From: Octopus vulgaris
Lineage: Eukaryota
Direction of reading: 5' to 3'
NCBI GenBank assembly: GCA_951406725.2
Contig: OX597817.1
Coordinates: 90,148,001-90,212,000 of the forward strand
DNA: 64,000 nt
In this document: positions 40,904 through 55,099 of the stretch, piece after piece
Layout: each line of letters starts with the position of its first letter
How positions within the stretch are numbered: the stretch's first letter is position 1
The notes under the pieces: model-generated
The model's database searches: none
The model's input: only the letters and a program-made list of their open reading frames with translations
Told to the model about the DNA's origin: nothing
Program-made: the position numbers and the translations under genes

Positions 40904-43900
40904 AATGAACTAAATACCAGTTAGGGTTGGTTTAATCAACTATGCTCTTTGTCCACAATAAAACGGCATTGTTTTTCCTCAAAAGAAATTCTTATTGGAG
41001 TAGCAAAATTGGTAAGAGAAACTGTGTTGGTACTGGAGTGGCAGAATAGATAGTATTAGAGAAAATGTCTTCATGTTTATGACTGTTTCTGTATTTTCCA
41101 ACTTCAAATCTCACCTAACTCAAATTTGCTGTTCACTCTTCTAGGCTCAATATAATAAAGTAACACTAATTTAATGGGATTTATCAAATTATACCACTTC
41201 CCATGAAATTTCTGGTCTAGTACCTATGTTACAAACTATCATTATAGGATGCATTTTTAGTGATATTTTTGCGGTTTCATTAGTTTTTTTGAGTTTTTCC
41301 ACATCAAACCCCACCATTATCTAGTGGACCAAGCCAGGATTGATCAAGCTCCAGCTTGCATCCCAGTAGCAGCAAACCACTAGTTTATCTTCTTTATCCA
41401 AAACCATCTTCTGATCTTCTCTCCAGTTTTACTATTGAAATTTATATTCCTCCTCTTTGCTGCACCAGTAATCCAAGTCCAGTGATGTATTGGCAGATAG
41501 AGAGAGGTCATATATGACCCTTGACACTGGTCAAAAGAGGGAAGGCAGCTACTCTCAGAACAGAGGGTTGGCCCAAATGCTTGCAACAGAATGAACCCTA
41601 CTCAAAGTAGCCAAGGGCCAGATGATGGTAGATTTAACATGACTGATTCAACAAACAATCTATATTAAGTCTATGATCCACACACCCAGCAAATGAAATT
41701 CTACTTAGAGGGCTTTGCCTAATCCAAGGATTTTAGTGTAAGATACTCAGTGTGCATAACAACAGCAACAACAAAAACAATATTTACAAGAACCACCACC
41801 GCTGTCGCCACCATCACTACCACTGCTGCCCCCACCACCGATGCCACCACTGCCACCACCACCAACAACAACAACATTGTGAGTGGATTCGGTAAAGAGA
41901 AACTGGAGGAAGCACATCATATATATGTATGTGTGTATGTCTTTTGTCTGTACTTGTCCCCCAACTACTGCTTGACAACTGGTGTTGGTGTGTTTACATC
42001 CCCCTGTAACTTAGTAGTTCAGCGAAAGAATAAATACCAGGCCTAAAAACAAAATAAGTACTGGGGCTGATAAGTTTGGCTAAAAATCCCTCAAATTGGT
42101 GCCCTAGTATGGCCGCAGTCTAATGACTGAAACAAGCAAAACAATAAAAGACAATGTTATAATTTCAATTGGCTGCCAAATGATGCAACTGCATCTTTAA
42201 GTGTGCATTTGAAGCAGACAACTTCATCTTATATCTGTATTTTCAGTACACATTCACATAACTGTTGCACTTTATCTTCGGCACAGATCTGCATTTTTAG
42301 CAACATGTGTTGCAGTAGTGCATGTCAACTTCTAAAGCTGATACACACATCTGTATCTTCAATGTATTCACATCTACATGTTCAACTGTTGCACATATCT
42401 GCAGCTATCATCATGTAATCAAAGAGGTTCCATATTAAACCACAGCAGAAATAATAATCATCCATCTAATTTTTCTCTTTCAGACTAGGAATAATTGACC
42501 AAGTTCCAACCCAATTCTCAAATCACCAATTACTTTTCTCATGGGCCTATCTTGTTACAGTCAGATTGACAATTTCTCATTATGGAAGTGGTATTAATAT
42601 AAAATCCAATTTACCTGATGGAGTCTTGGAGATTCTGTTTCCTTTATTTTTCTGTGGAATATTGAATGTATTTATTCTTTAACTGCTAGTGATCTTTGAA
42701 CTATGGCCATGCTGAAGCACTGCCTTCATGGATTTTAGTTGATCGTATTCACACCAGTACTTTTTTCACACTGGTACTTATTTCATTGCTCTATATATGT
42801 CTAAGTGCTAAGTTACAAAATTTATTTATTTATTATATATTTTTATATTGTAATTGGTGAACAAGAAATTTGTTAGCTACAGTGCTCATTGGAACAAACA
42901 CTGGTTCACTATACTTCTGATGGCAAGAGTATTATGGGAGTGTCTGTCACTCAGTGTTGAACTAACATCACAAAGGATTTCATTAGGCAAAAAAACTACC
43001 TATTTTCTTTTTGCTTTCTTGTTGATGTTCATATCCTCTGCTGATGAATATCAATGAGAGATAAACATATCCATTTATACATCTACCTACATGCATGCAT
43101 GCACACTCACATCAACAGGTGGGAAATTGGCAGAGATGTTAGAGAGTAGGACTGAATGCCATACCCCCACCATTTGTGCTGACACTCTACACTGTGAGTT
43201 CAAATCCTGCCAAAGTCAACTTTGTCTTCTATTCTTTCTGGGTCAATAAAAATTACCATAGCAAGGCAGTGATTTGGTAGAATTGTTAGCCTATCATATG
43301 GTATTCTTTACATTAACTGTTCTGACTCTGTGAATTCAGTAAGTCCATGCATTCTGTGCACTCTGTGCATTCTGTGTAATTTTATAGGGGTTCAGTGAAT
43401 TGACTGTATCTGTACTACAAAGGCCCAGTCTTGTCATATTTTTGTCACACCAAGTCTATATCTGAGAATTATGTTAAGTATACATGCACCACTGGAATGC
43501 TCAGCTCCATTGTAAACTAATTCAATGAACAGGTAGTACAGTTGATTCCATAACTGTATTTTCATACGTTCAAATCAAAAGAAGAGTCTATCATACATGA
43601 CAGTTACCATCATCTAACATCCCCTTTTTCCATACTGGCATGGGTTGGATAGTTTGACATGAACTAATAAGCACTCATCTGGATGCTCTTCTGAATGCTA
43701 CCCACAACATAGAGTGTACTGGGTGATCTTTTCATGACACCAGCAGAGATGGGGTCGCTAGGTACCCACAAAACAAGATCCTTCAACTGAGTAGGATATA
43801 TTATTCTTTTATTCTTTTACTTGTTTCAGTCATTTTGACTGCAGCCATGCAGGAGCACTGCCTTAAAGTGTTTTTTAGTTAAAGAACTCAACCCCAGAAC

Positions 43901-44027
43901 TTTAAGCCTAGTGCTTGTTCTATAAGTCTCTTTTGCTGAATTACTAAGTTACAGAGACATAAGCACACCAACATCAGTTGTCAAGCAATGGTGCAGGGAC
44001 ACAGACACAAAGACAGAGATATGTACA

Positions 44028-44083
<56 letters not shown>

Positions 44084-44335
44084 GGGCTTCTTTCAGTTTC
44101 TGTCTACCAAATCCACTCAGAAGGCTTTGGTTGGCCTGAGACTATAGTACAAGACACTTGCCCAAAGTGCCACAAAATGGGACTGAACCCAGAACAATGT
44201 GGTTAGGAAGCAAACTTCTTACCACACAGAGGAATACAAAAGTCCCTCAATCTGGAGAGCGAGAGAGAGAGAGAGAGATGAGATGTGTTTGTGTGTACAT
44301 ACATACATACATACATACATACATACATACATACA

Positions 44336-44367
<32 letters not shown>

Positions 44368-44638
44368 CATTTAGATCCTAATGTAAAACAACTCAGTCCA
44401 TGATGATCTGTCCAACCCATGCCAACATAGGAAGTAAAAGTAAAATGCTGATGAGGAAATATATATATATAATTTGAAATGTAATGTAGAGACTAGTTTC
44501 CTCTCCAGGAGAGAGATTAATTTCTCTTTCTTCTACTTAATAAGTAAATTATGTTTAGTAGAGAGAAGCACTGGCTCTGTAAAAATTTTGGGGTTCAGTA
44601 TAAAGGATTATCAAGTAATGACTAAAGTATACACTCAC

Positions 44639-45084
44639 GGTTTCCGAAGAATCATTCTCATTATGGCATCAGGACCGATCTGAGACAACATTTTCAAGAC
44701 ATCTGCTAATTCTTCCTCGTAGTGTTTAAGTTCCATTGTTGGAGGAGTCGGAGTGGAGTGAGGATTGATGGTACTGATAGTAGAACTAACACCACCACTT
44801 ATACCACCACCACTGCTACTACCACCACCACCACCACCACCACCACCTCCAATGCCAGCACTGACACTGCTGCCACCACCACCACTACCACCACCACCAC
44901 CACCACTACCACCACCACCACCTACCACCACCACCACCACCACCACCACCACCACCACCTCCTCCTCCTCCTCCTCCTCCGCTGCCACCACCACTACCAC
45001 CACCACCACTTCCACCACAATCAGAACGAGAATCAATGAAGCGATAGAAGAGATACTTGTCTTTAAATGGGTGTTCCTGACAAA
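44639..45084 (-). CDS. RAPGEF4: Epac/RAPGEF4-like coding exon: end of DEP domain, poly-Gly insert, helix before the cAMP-binding domain; apparent +1 frameshift near 44923
   Basis: Acceptor ctgcag|TT at 45084 and donor CC|gtgagt at 44639. Translates (V)CQEHPFKDKYLFYRF...poly-G...EEELADVLKMLSQIGPDAIMRMILRKP, matching Epac2 VDQEHHFQDKYLFYRF and SQMGPDAHMRMILRKP as recalled. Length 446 nt is one base off the 2+3n+2 phase. Confidence 0.93.
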
Positions 45085-45582
45085 CTGCAGAGAATTTAAA
45101 AAGAAAAAAATACAAAAATAAATACAAATAAATCAATAAATAAAAGTAAAATTTAATAAAAAACTTTGAAATAATGATAGTTTAATAACTTAATTAAATT
45201 ATATTTTCATAATGGATTAAATTTGCCAAACATACATTCTTACACAAATTTTGTTTTAAAGAAATAAGTTTGGAGACATATTAATGAGAAATAAAAGAGC
45301 CAATAGCTGGGGATTAAATACATATATTGATTTCTAACACAGGGTCACAAATGTAAGGCGTAGGGTTAGTTGATTAAATGAACCCTAGTACTGTTTCCAC
45401 TGAGCTTTGAAGGATCGAAGACAAAATTAACCTTGAATTTGGTAAGATTTGAAATCAGAGCATAAAGAGCCATAATCAAATATATACTAATTTGCTTGAT
45501 GCTCCAATGATTCAGCCAATCCCCTGCTGTATTTGTATGCGTACATACATACATACATACATACATACATGCATACATACAT

Positions 45583-45619
<37 letters not shown>

Positions 45620-45635
45620 TACATACATACATACA

Positions 45636-46190
45636 TGGTGGCTGCCCCCTCGTTATCGAGTATGGCCATTGCACGAAGCTTAATCAATGTTGTTATCATG
45701 CAATGCCTGTGCAAGAAGATTTTTTTTAAAGTGAGGAAAGGCTGTGCACTGAGTCAATCCCACTCACTAAGCAACAGCAGCTATAATCCAAAAAGAAGAA
45801 CAAGTCAACATCATCGGTAACCACTGAACCGCAGGTTTTATGTTGGAGTTATCCCAGTTACCTGAGTTACCTTCTCCTAGAAGGATGCCCTAACAAAGGC
45901 TAGGAGTCCTTCACTCCCAATGGTTTAACCGTGCGATCGGGTATTCAGTCCGATTATTTCTTTGTCCCCGCGCATGATACAACCATAAGGCATTTATTGG
46001 ATGGCCGTTGATTCTCAAGAGTTCCTCCGCCCTTTGACGGGTTTTGTTTTTCATCCTGCAGGGTGTCCAATAAACACCCTCCTCACCAAGCAAGCTTGGC
46101 AGGGTTGCTGGTTTAGTTGCCGACAACCTGACCATGCAACAGGTTGTACTGGGTTACATGTTACCAGTAGTACTCGAAAGTGACCTGACA
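45636..46190 (-). mobile_element. Non-coding, CpG-retaining element within (ATGT)n, probably a non-autonomous RTE derivative
   Basis: Minus strand contains agcctt..tagggca.cc..ctaggagaaggtaactc, resembling RTE 5'UTR motifs as recalled. Several local hairpins; (ATGT)n on both sides. Confidence 0.5.
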
Positions 46191-46594
46191 TACATACATA
46201 CACACATACACACACACACACACATACATACATACATACATACATACATGCATGGTGGACTCTCCCGTTGAAAATGACAAATGAGCGTTCAACTTTTGTC
46301 AAACAATCTGCACAAACAAATTGCTTATAGTGATCAAATGTCCATGCTGCACATAAGCTCACTCTCTCCATCAGATCAACATTGTCTGAACAGATGCATT
46401 ATGTACCATGCGTCAGGTGTCGAAGTGATCATAGAGCAATGTGAGATGAAGTGTTTTTGCCAAAGAACACAATGCACCACCCAGTCTGGGAATTGATACC
46501 ACTTACTTATTTCTCATCTTCATTCATTCATTCATTCATTCATTCATTCATTCATTCATTCATTCATTCATTCATACATACATACATACATACA

Positions 46595-46625
<31 letters not shown>

Positions 46626-46631
46626 GGATAT

Positions 46632-47150
46632 TAACACAAGGTTAAAGATCAGCAAAAAAGAAAACACCTACACTAAACTATTGAGAAATCTACAATTACT
46701 CTACCTAGATTAGAAGTTCAGGCTTATATCTGTAATTATTGGAGCACTGGGGTATATAACACACTACCTAAATACCAATCTTGAGAAATTAGGCTTCTCA
46801 AAACCAGAAAGGAAAAAGCTGGTTTAAAGACTATGGGTCCAAGCCATCATGAGAACTGTAAAAATTAGTAAAACTTTTCAGAAGTTTATCATTTAAGTAT
46901 ATATATGAGCATGTCTAGATACACATATATACTTAATAAATGCATAAATAAATGCATAAAACAAAACACACAAATGAGAATATATACAAAAAAACAAAAC
47001 ATACAAATCTGCAGATGTACTGACTCCAAATGTTGCACATATACACACATACATGCAAAAATACTCTATTGATGTTGAAATTCCAATGAAAGAGCTTAGG
47101 GTCTAGATTAGAAACCAGCTCTTTCTCTCTTAGCAAAAAATCTTGAAATT
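46632..47150 (+). mobile_element. R4/Dong-like restriction-endonuclease LINE 3' fragment
   Basis: KENTYTKLLRNLQLLY...ISVIIGALGYIT...LEKLGFS...QAIMRTVKISKTF, followed by a 3'UTR. Begins next to a microsatellite. Confidence 0.7.
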
Positions 47151-47156
47151 AAACTC

Positions 47157-47370
47157 AACAAGAGCACTCAGAGAGCACAAACCTCCACCAAGGCAATACC
47201 AACATTTTCTCAATGATTAGCTAAAGATGATTTTTAAAATGAGAATATCTGAAATAAACTTGACTGCTCTCACAAACGTGAATGCTAAAAGTGAACCCGA
47301 CTGCCCTCAAAAATTAAGTAAAAAATAAGAAAAATAATCTAGGATCCTTATCCAGTACCAGATCGATCTC
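47157..47370 (-). mobile_element. Probable Helentron-associated non-autonomous element end
   Basis: aacaagagcactcagagagcacaaacctccaccaagg matches a Helentron-type terminal stem-loop plus subterminal repeat as recalled. Confidence 0.45.
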
Positions 47371-47399
47371 ATAAGACTGTAAGCTTATCAGAATAATTT

Positions 47400-47965
47400 C
47401 ATTACTTTGGATGCATCTTTGATAAGTTCAGTTGATGGTACTAACTATGCCTGTGAAATCTATCCTACACTGGCAATGCACCCCTTGTAGTTCTGCTAGT
47501 GCCTGAGTATTCTGTAGGTTGTCTATAATCCCTTAGCAGAAAGTCTTTTAGAATAAACTGGTCAGTTAATCTTCAACACCTAGAATCTCTCCAAGAATAT
47601 CATCAGTGTTGCTTACTAATAATCCTCTACAAAATGCAAGGATTGATTTACTTCTGACTGCATTATCAACTTGATACATCTTTTCAGAGTTGATAAATGG
47701 AGGCTTATCCTTTGCAGTGAACTGCCAGAACTATAGGTATGTCAGATAAGATGCCTCACATGTATTTGTTATTTGCATTCTGAGTTAAAATGACTCTATA
47801 TGGCCTACTTAGTTGGCAGACTTAAGCCATTGCTCAGTTAAACATCAACTGGCACCTTGTGTAACTTTAATAAAGTCCACTTGGTTGTAAGCAATCTGTC
47901 CTGGTGTCTAGTTTGTGAATATTTTCCTTTCTGCTTTTCTTCAACAATTTTGAACACCTTGTAAA
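47400..47965 (-). mobile_element. Very old LINE endonuclease remnant
   Basis: Minus strand T.*TPGQIAYNQVDFI resembles the APE motif TW.SP.G...NQIDFI. Confidence 0.4.
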
Positions 47966-50932
47966 GGATCATGAGCACTGCTTCTCTTTTAACAAAAAGA
48001 CTGAGAAAAAACAAAAAAAAAACAAAAAAACAACTGGGGACTCATGACAATATTTCCCAAAATTGGCCTTTACTGGATGGAGAATATTGGTTGATTAAAG
48101 AGACACTTTGTGTAAAGTTGTGTCTCTCAAATGGGGAACAATCTTGCTCACCACCTAGGAATTTCTACAAATACTGCAGCAATGGCATACTGAGTCCTTT
48201 GTGCAAAAGATGGACCTTTTGAACATTAGAATATGAAAGAACAGACTATCCAGTCTAGTCACATGAGAATCCAGTACATGATTGGTAAATTATTGACCCT
48301 GGAAGGAGGGAAGGCAAAGTTGGCAGGATTTGAACTCAGTATGTAATGTGCCAGAAGATGCAAAGCAAAGCAGTTTGTCCAACACGTTAATGATTCCTCC
48401 AATCCACTATTCTATTTAATTTATTGGAATTTATTTAATGCCCACTTTTCCATGCTTGTTTGGGTCAGACAGAATTTCTTGAGGCAGATATTCTCCAGTT
48501 GGATTCCCTTCATGTCTGCAACCCTCACTTGTTCCTAAGCACAGTAATGTTCCCCTATGACCAGGCAGATACACACACATACACACACACATATACAATG
48601 GGTTTCTTTCAGTTTCCATCAACCAAATCTATTCACAAAGCTTTGGTTGGCCCAGGGCTACAGTTGAAGACACTTGCTCAGGGTACCATGCAGTGGGATT
48701 GAACCTGAGACCACATGGTTAGGAAGCAAGCTTCTTAACCATGCAACCATGCCTGTGCCTATACCAACAACAATAGAGATGATGATGATGATGATGATGA
48801 TGAAGGCAAAATACCAAAAGAATTATGTTGTGTATATAAACATAAATCACGAAATTCAAACAAGAGACAACAACAATAAGTAATAATAATAATTCATTTT
48901 CAGTTATAGCATGAAAAAACAAAAAAAACAAAAAAAACAAAAAAAAAAACAACAACAACAAATAGCAGCAGACACAACAACAACGAAATATATTTTCGAA
49001 GTTTTCCACCTCCCGTCTCCTACCCTTCCACAGTAGCTGCAGACTGATTTATTGATTGGTGTCCATTAATTACAATAATCAACAAGGCTTTATGTTAATC
49101 TAGACACTCTTGCTTCCTACAGAGAGATTTCTCCATGGTGAACCAACAAGAGAGCCTTCTAGATTGTTGCTAACGATTTTAGATATAAAAGCTAAAATTT
49201 TTGCTAATGTCAACATGCTATCATAAATGAAAGAAGGATACGCAAGATAATGTAGTTCTGTTGTATATATTATGGTTCATGTGATTCTCATAGTTGGAAC
49301 AGCAAACCCATGACTGAAACGATTCATTCCTTGACCATTCTGTCTCTGTTTCAGACATAGTGTGTCTTGGACTAGCCAATAAATCCTTCCTTTTTTTTGT
49401 TTTAAGAAAGTAGACTTTGAAAGTAATTTAGATGTTACTTATAGCAGTATGAGCTATCACACAGAGGCCTTTTATTAAGCTTGGTTGTTGATAGCTGTTA
49501 GTGTTAGGAGAAGATGGAAGAAATTTAGGAATCAGCTGTGTTTAGGGACCTGTTTAGTGCAGTATCAACAAAGGATGTTTGTCTTTGAACAAAAGGTAGG
49601 CTGAATGAAATGTGAAGTGTGAAGCTTCTTTGTAGTAAAGGGAGGGGAGCACTGAATGTGGAGGATAAGTGGAAGATAAGAAGAGACTGGGACAGAGATG
49701 AGATGAACATGATGATGGTAATGGTGTAATGTTGATGGTAATGATGGTGGCAATGGTGATGGCGATGATGATGATGATACTGGTGATGGTGATGATGGTG
49801 GTGGCAGTGATAATGACAGTAGTGGGAGAGGGTAATGATGGTATTGGTTGTGGTAAGAATATGATGATGAAAATTTGATGTTGATAATGGTAATGGTGGT
49901 TATTATGGTGGCAGCAGTGACAGTTTGATGAAAGTGCTGATGATAGCCAACAACATGATTTACCTTCCTCTTAACAAAAGGTCTCTTTGAGCTTAGCTGG
50001 CCAATCAGAGCATGTCAGCAACACAATATTTATTATATGTTCACTATTGACGAATCCCATAACCTGTAGGGGTGGTAGAAGTTCCATTTTCATGTTGCAT
50101 ATGTATAGGACAAAAAATGCAAGAGTATGGATGTATGATACCTTGTTTACCCAGTTATCATCTAGAGAGTTATTTGAGGGAAATTTGGCTGCTATTTCTG
50201 CCATTTTTATGCTTTGGTACTGACCTCTGCTTCTTGGAGCTGGTTGGTCTAGAGCTTCCTTCACTCAAGAAGTCCAGACACATTTATCCCTCCTCCTCTT
50301 GTCACCCATGTTGTCTCTACCCACTGGCACTATACTAATTGCTACACCCACTCATCTTTTCCTCTCCATAATATCATCTCACTGGAATTCTTATCACCTA
50401 TTCATGTTTTCTCAGAAACTATCATTTTGCAACTGTTCCAAGGGGTATCAAACATGTTGGCCTCACTGATCTTGAAGGGCCATTGAAGGACTTGGGTACA
50501 ACCCTTTCCTCCACACCATACCAATATCATTTCACATTCTGATAATACGAGTGTAAAAGTTTTGAAACATTGATGGTGATGGTAATTATAATGGATTTTA
50601 TTGATGCAAACAATTACAAGGGACCCATATAGAATAAAGGGCCAGTATGAGACTGTATTTAAGGATCTATAAGAGGCTATATATAAATTATTATATATAA
50701 GAAATATGTATAACAGCTATCTTTTTATCTTTTGTTTCAGTCATTAAACTGTGGCCATGCTGGGGCACTATCTTGAAGAATTTTTAGTCATATGAATCAC
50801 CCCCAGTACTTATTTTTTTTATAAGTCTGCTACTTATTCTATTGGTCTCTTTTGCTGAACCGTTAATGTTATGAGGACATAAACACATCAACACCAGTTG
50901 ACAAGCTGTGGTGGGGGACAAATATAGACAAG

Positions 50933-50987
<55 letters not shown>

Positions 50988-52319
50988 GATAGGCTTCTTT
51001 CAGTTTCCATCTACTAGGTCCACTCACAAGGTTTTGGTTGGGCTGATGCAATAGTAGAAGACACTTGCTCAAGGTACCACACAGTGTGACTGAATCTAGA
51101 ACCATATGGTTAGGAAGCAAGCTTCTTACTACATTGCCATGCCTGCACCTATATATGTGTGTGTGTGCGTGTGTGTGTGCAAGAAAATATAGAAAAAATA
51201 AGTGACTCATACAAAAATAGGGAAAAGATCATAATAGAAAAGTTTGAAACTACAACATGCTAGCATTTTGACTGTTTTCTAATTGACTCAACTGAACATC
51301 TTCACTATACAGTCACATTTTGCTCTCAATGTATGAATCCATGGCAACAAAGGCATGGTTTGTAATTACAGAATCTTTGACAGTTGTTGTGTCATGGTTA
51401 TTGTCATCATAGGCTGTGGTGGTAGCATTATTTTATGTCCACTTTCCATGCTGCCATGAGTTACCTGATTCAACAGGGTCTGACAAGTCAGAGAACCATG
51501 TTTTGCTTCATTGTTGCATTTTTGGCATAGTTCCTATAGCTAGATACCCTTCCTTACGTCAACCATTTTACAGAGCATTGAGTACATTTTATTCGAGGAA
51601 CCAGCATTACAAAGTTTGTCTTGCCCTTGACAAAACTTGAGTCCTCTCAAAATATGCATTGTCTCAACTTGATTTACCTTGTAAAAGTACCCACTACAAT
51701 TTGTAGAGTATACTGGTTACTTTTTCATGCCAACAGTACTAATGAAGTTGCTTTGTAACTCACAAGGTGAAAGAGAGGCTAAAAGAAAGTGTGTCAGTTT
51801 TAGGTGAGGTGTTGGGAAAAGTTAGAGCATACTGACAGGAATGGATTTATTATTATGAGAGGATGGTAGTGGAGAAAGTAATTGAGTAATTGAGTACTGA
51901 CAAAGACAATTAGGAGGTACCTGAACATATTCTTAAAGTAACATTCTTAAGAAGGTGAAAAGAAGAGAATGTGGCGATAGGACTCAGGATCAGTGAATGA
52001 AGGTTGTAAGGGTGTAGTTGATACCCTTCCGATTCAAGCATCATAATTCAAAAAGAATGGTAGGAGGAGACTTAGGAGATAGGGTAGTTTCAGAATGCAC
52101 AGGGCGGATGACATGGTGCAGTGCATAGAAGAGATGGTGAGAAAATGGGAGGGTGTAAGATAGTTACTGAGAGAGTGGGGTATCAGTATCTACAAAATGA
52201 TTGCTTTCATCCCAATTGCAGGTGGTTTACTATAATGAGTAGAAGAGATAATGAATAGAAGCATGAATGTAAGAAATAAGACAGAGTTTCTCCCTCTCTT
52301 ATATATATATGTATGTATG

Positions 52320-52352
<33 letters not shown>

Positions 52353-52799
52353 GTATGTATATAAAAAATACACACACACCCATATATATAAGTGTGTTGA
52401 TGGCTGAGACTTCTTGATGTCTGAGACAACAATCACACAATCACTTGTCTCAAATTTTGTCTTTCTCCAAATCCCTGGAACCATTCCTCCCGCATGTCAT
52501 GAACCCCCCCACCACTGGCTCACTATGTAGCCATCCATCTATCTATCTATCTATCTATCTACCTATCGGCATTCACCCTGTATGTCTGACTGTCTCCCTA
52601 TCTCCCGCTTACAACTCCTAGCAGATGTTTGCTAGTTAGCAGTTCTATAGCCCCCCCCCACTCTTCCACCTCTACCGGAAGTCCCTATTTCATCATCCTT
52701 GGTTGCCTCCCATGAACACTTCTAAAGTCCTTATGCCAACCCCACTCCTACTATATAAGGTAGTGATCATACAGTGCAAAATATGATAGTGTAGTGTAC

Positions 52800-55061
52800 G
52801 CAGGTTGAACATAAGACTATTGTTTGATTGTCTATGAATTCTGCCAAATGCGAGCTCCCTTTCCAGGTACATGACGCCACTGCCCGCCATCCCAGGGTCT
52901 CTAGGGCCCATACCTCCCACACCCTCGGGGTTGGCACTCTCAACGTCGGCACACTGAAAGGTAGGTCTGGTGAGATTCTTGAGATGCTTGAACGGAGATG
53001 TGTCGATATGTGCTGTATCCAAGAAGTAAGGTGGAGATGAAGTTCCGCTAGGCAAAGAACACTGGTCCATGATTTTCTGGGCAGGGAACACTGACGGGGT
53101 TGGGGGTGTGGGTATACTTCTTGCGGAGAAATGGGTAGATAAGGTAATTGAGGTAGTCAGAGTATGCGACAGAATACTTAAGATTAGATTAGTGCTCCAT
53201 CATGGGTTAGAAACCATTATCTAGACCAATTCTATGACTCCCTCTTGCAGACTACTGTGTTGACGAATGACAGGGACCTTCTCTTTGTGGCTGGTGACTT
53301 CAATGGATATGTTGGACAACATGTCGGGGGCTTCCATGGCATACATGGAGGCTACGGTTTTGGCTCTCGCAATGAGGAGGGAACCAGGCTGCTGGAGTTC
53401 TGTGATGTAAATGATCTTATGGTTTGCAATACTAACTTCAGAAAACCTGCCAGCCATCTAGTCACCTACCGATCTAGCAGACGCACTAGTCAGATCGACT
53501 ACATCCTCACCAGAAAAAGGGAAAGATGGCTGCTTATAAATGCCAAAACCTTCCCTGGCGAAGAATATACCCCACAACACATAGACTGGTAGTTTGTGTC
53601 TTCAGGATCAGGGCTAAATGGATGCCCAGAAGACGACCCGCAAGGAGAAGAAGGGTCTGGAGACTTAAAGATCCTGCAAATGGACAGAAATTTAGAGACA
53701 TATTACTCGAAGCCTTTGACGAAATAGAAGGGGGTATAGAAGACAACTGGAGGTTCCTACGAGACAACCTGCTTAGGGCCACCGACCAGATCTGTGGATG
53801 GTGCAAAGTCCCCTCTCGACCCAAAATAACGTGGTGGTGGAACAATGTTGTTGACAAGGCTATCAGACAAAAGAAACAGGCTTGGAAGGACTGGAAGAAC
53901 GGTGGTAGCAGGGAAGTGTATCAGACTGCCAGAAGGAAAATAAGGAGGTAGGTTTATTTAGCCAGAGGAGAAGCAGATAAGAAAAAATTTGCCAATGTTC
54001 TACGCCGAGAGGACCAAAGACTTGAGGTATTTTGTGTTGGAAGACAGTGTGTGAGAGAGAATCGTGATGTGGTAGGAGAGAAATGTGTTTGCATGGATGA
54101 TGGTTCACTTGCACTAAATGAGGATGCAAAGAGAGAGGTTTGGAGACGCCACTATGAAAGGTTGCTGAATAAAGAAAATGAATGGGATAAAGAGAGTCTG
54201 CCAAATGTCGACCCAACAAGGGGACCAGCTATCCGAGTTGACAGTTCCTTGGTAGTTAAGGCAATTAGAAGCATGAAGACAGGGAAAGCCCCAGGCCCAT
54301 CAGGAATTACTGCAGAGATGCTCAAAATATCTGGCAGTGTCAGCTATAGCCTAGTCACCCTTATAGTTAACCAGGTGATACACGAAGGAGTCATACCCAA
54401 TGACTGGTGTAGCAGCATAATAGTCAACTGCTATAAAGGTAAAGGTGACGCCCTAGATACAAATAATTACAGAGGTATCAAGCTGTTGGATCCAATAATG
54501 AAGGTTACAGAGAGGGTCATAGCACAACTGATTAGGGAGAGAGTCAGCTTGGATGAGATGCAGTTTGGTTTCGTGCCAGGGAAAAGCACCATTGATGCCA
54601 TATTTCTGGTAAGACAGCTGCAGGAGAAATATGTAGCCAAAGATAAGCCCCTGTACCTGGCTTTGGTTGACATGGAGAAAGCCTTTCATAGGGTCCCCCG
54701 ATCCCTTATCTGGTGGTCAATGAGGAAACTAGGGATAGATGAATAGTTAGTGAGAGCTGTGCAAGCCATGTACAGGGACCCTGTAAGTAAGGTTAGTGTG
54801 GGGTAACAAGTACACTGAAGAATTCAAGGTAGAGGTTGGGGTCCACCAGGGTTCAGTCCTCAGCTCCCTCCTATTTATCATAGTCCTCCATGCAATAATG
54901 GAGGAATTCAAGACAGGATGCCCCTGGGAGCTCCTCTCTGCTGACGACCTTGCTCTAATTGCTGAGTCACTATCAGAACTAGAGGAGAAGTTTCAAGTGT
55001 AGAAACAAGGATTAGAATCGAAGGGCCTTAGAATCAACCTATCATCATTTAATCATCATCA

Positions 55062-55099
<38 letters not shown>

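Noticed and set aside
44722-45121. Plus-strand poly-Pro/Thr/His ORFs
   Set aside because: They are antisense readings of the Epac poly-Gly repeat.
47085-47130. ATGA-led hairpin as a SECIS or hammerhead
   Set aside because: Lacks the 3' GA quartet and the CUGA core; better explained as a LINE 3'UTR stem-loop.
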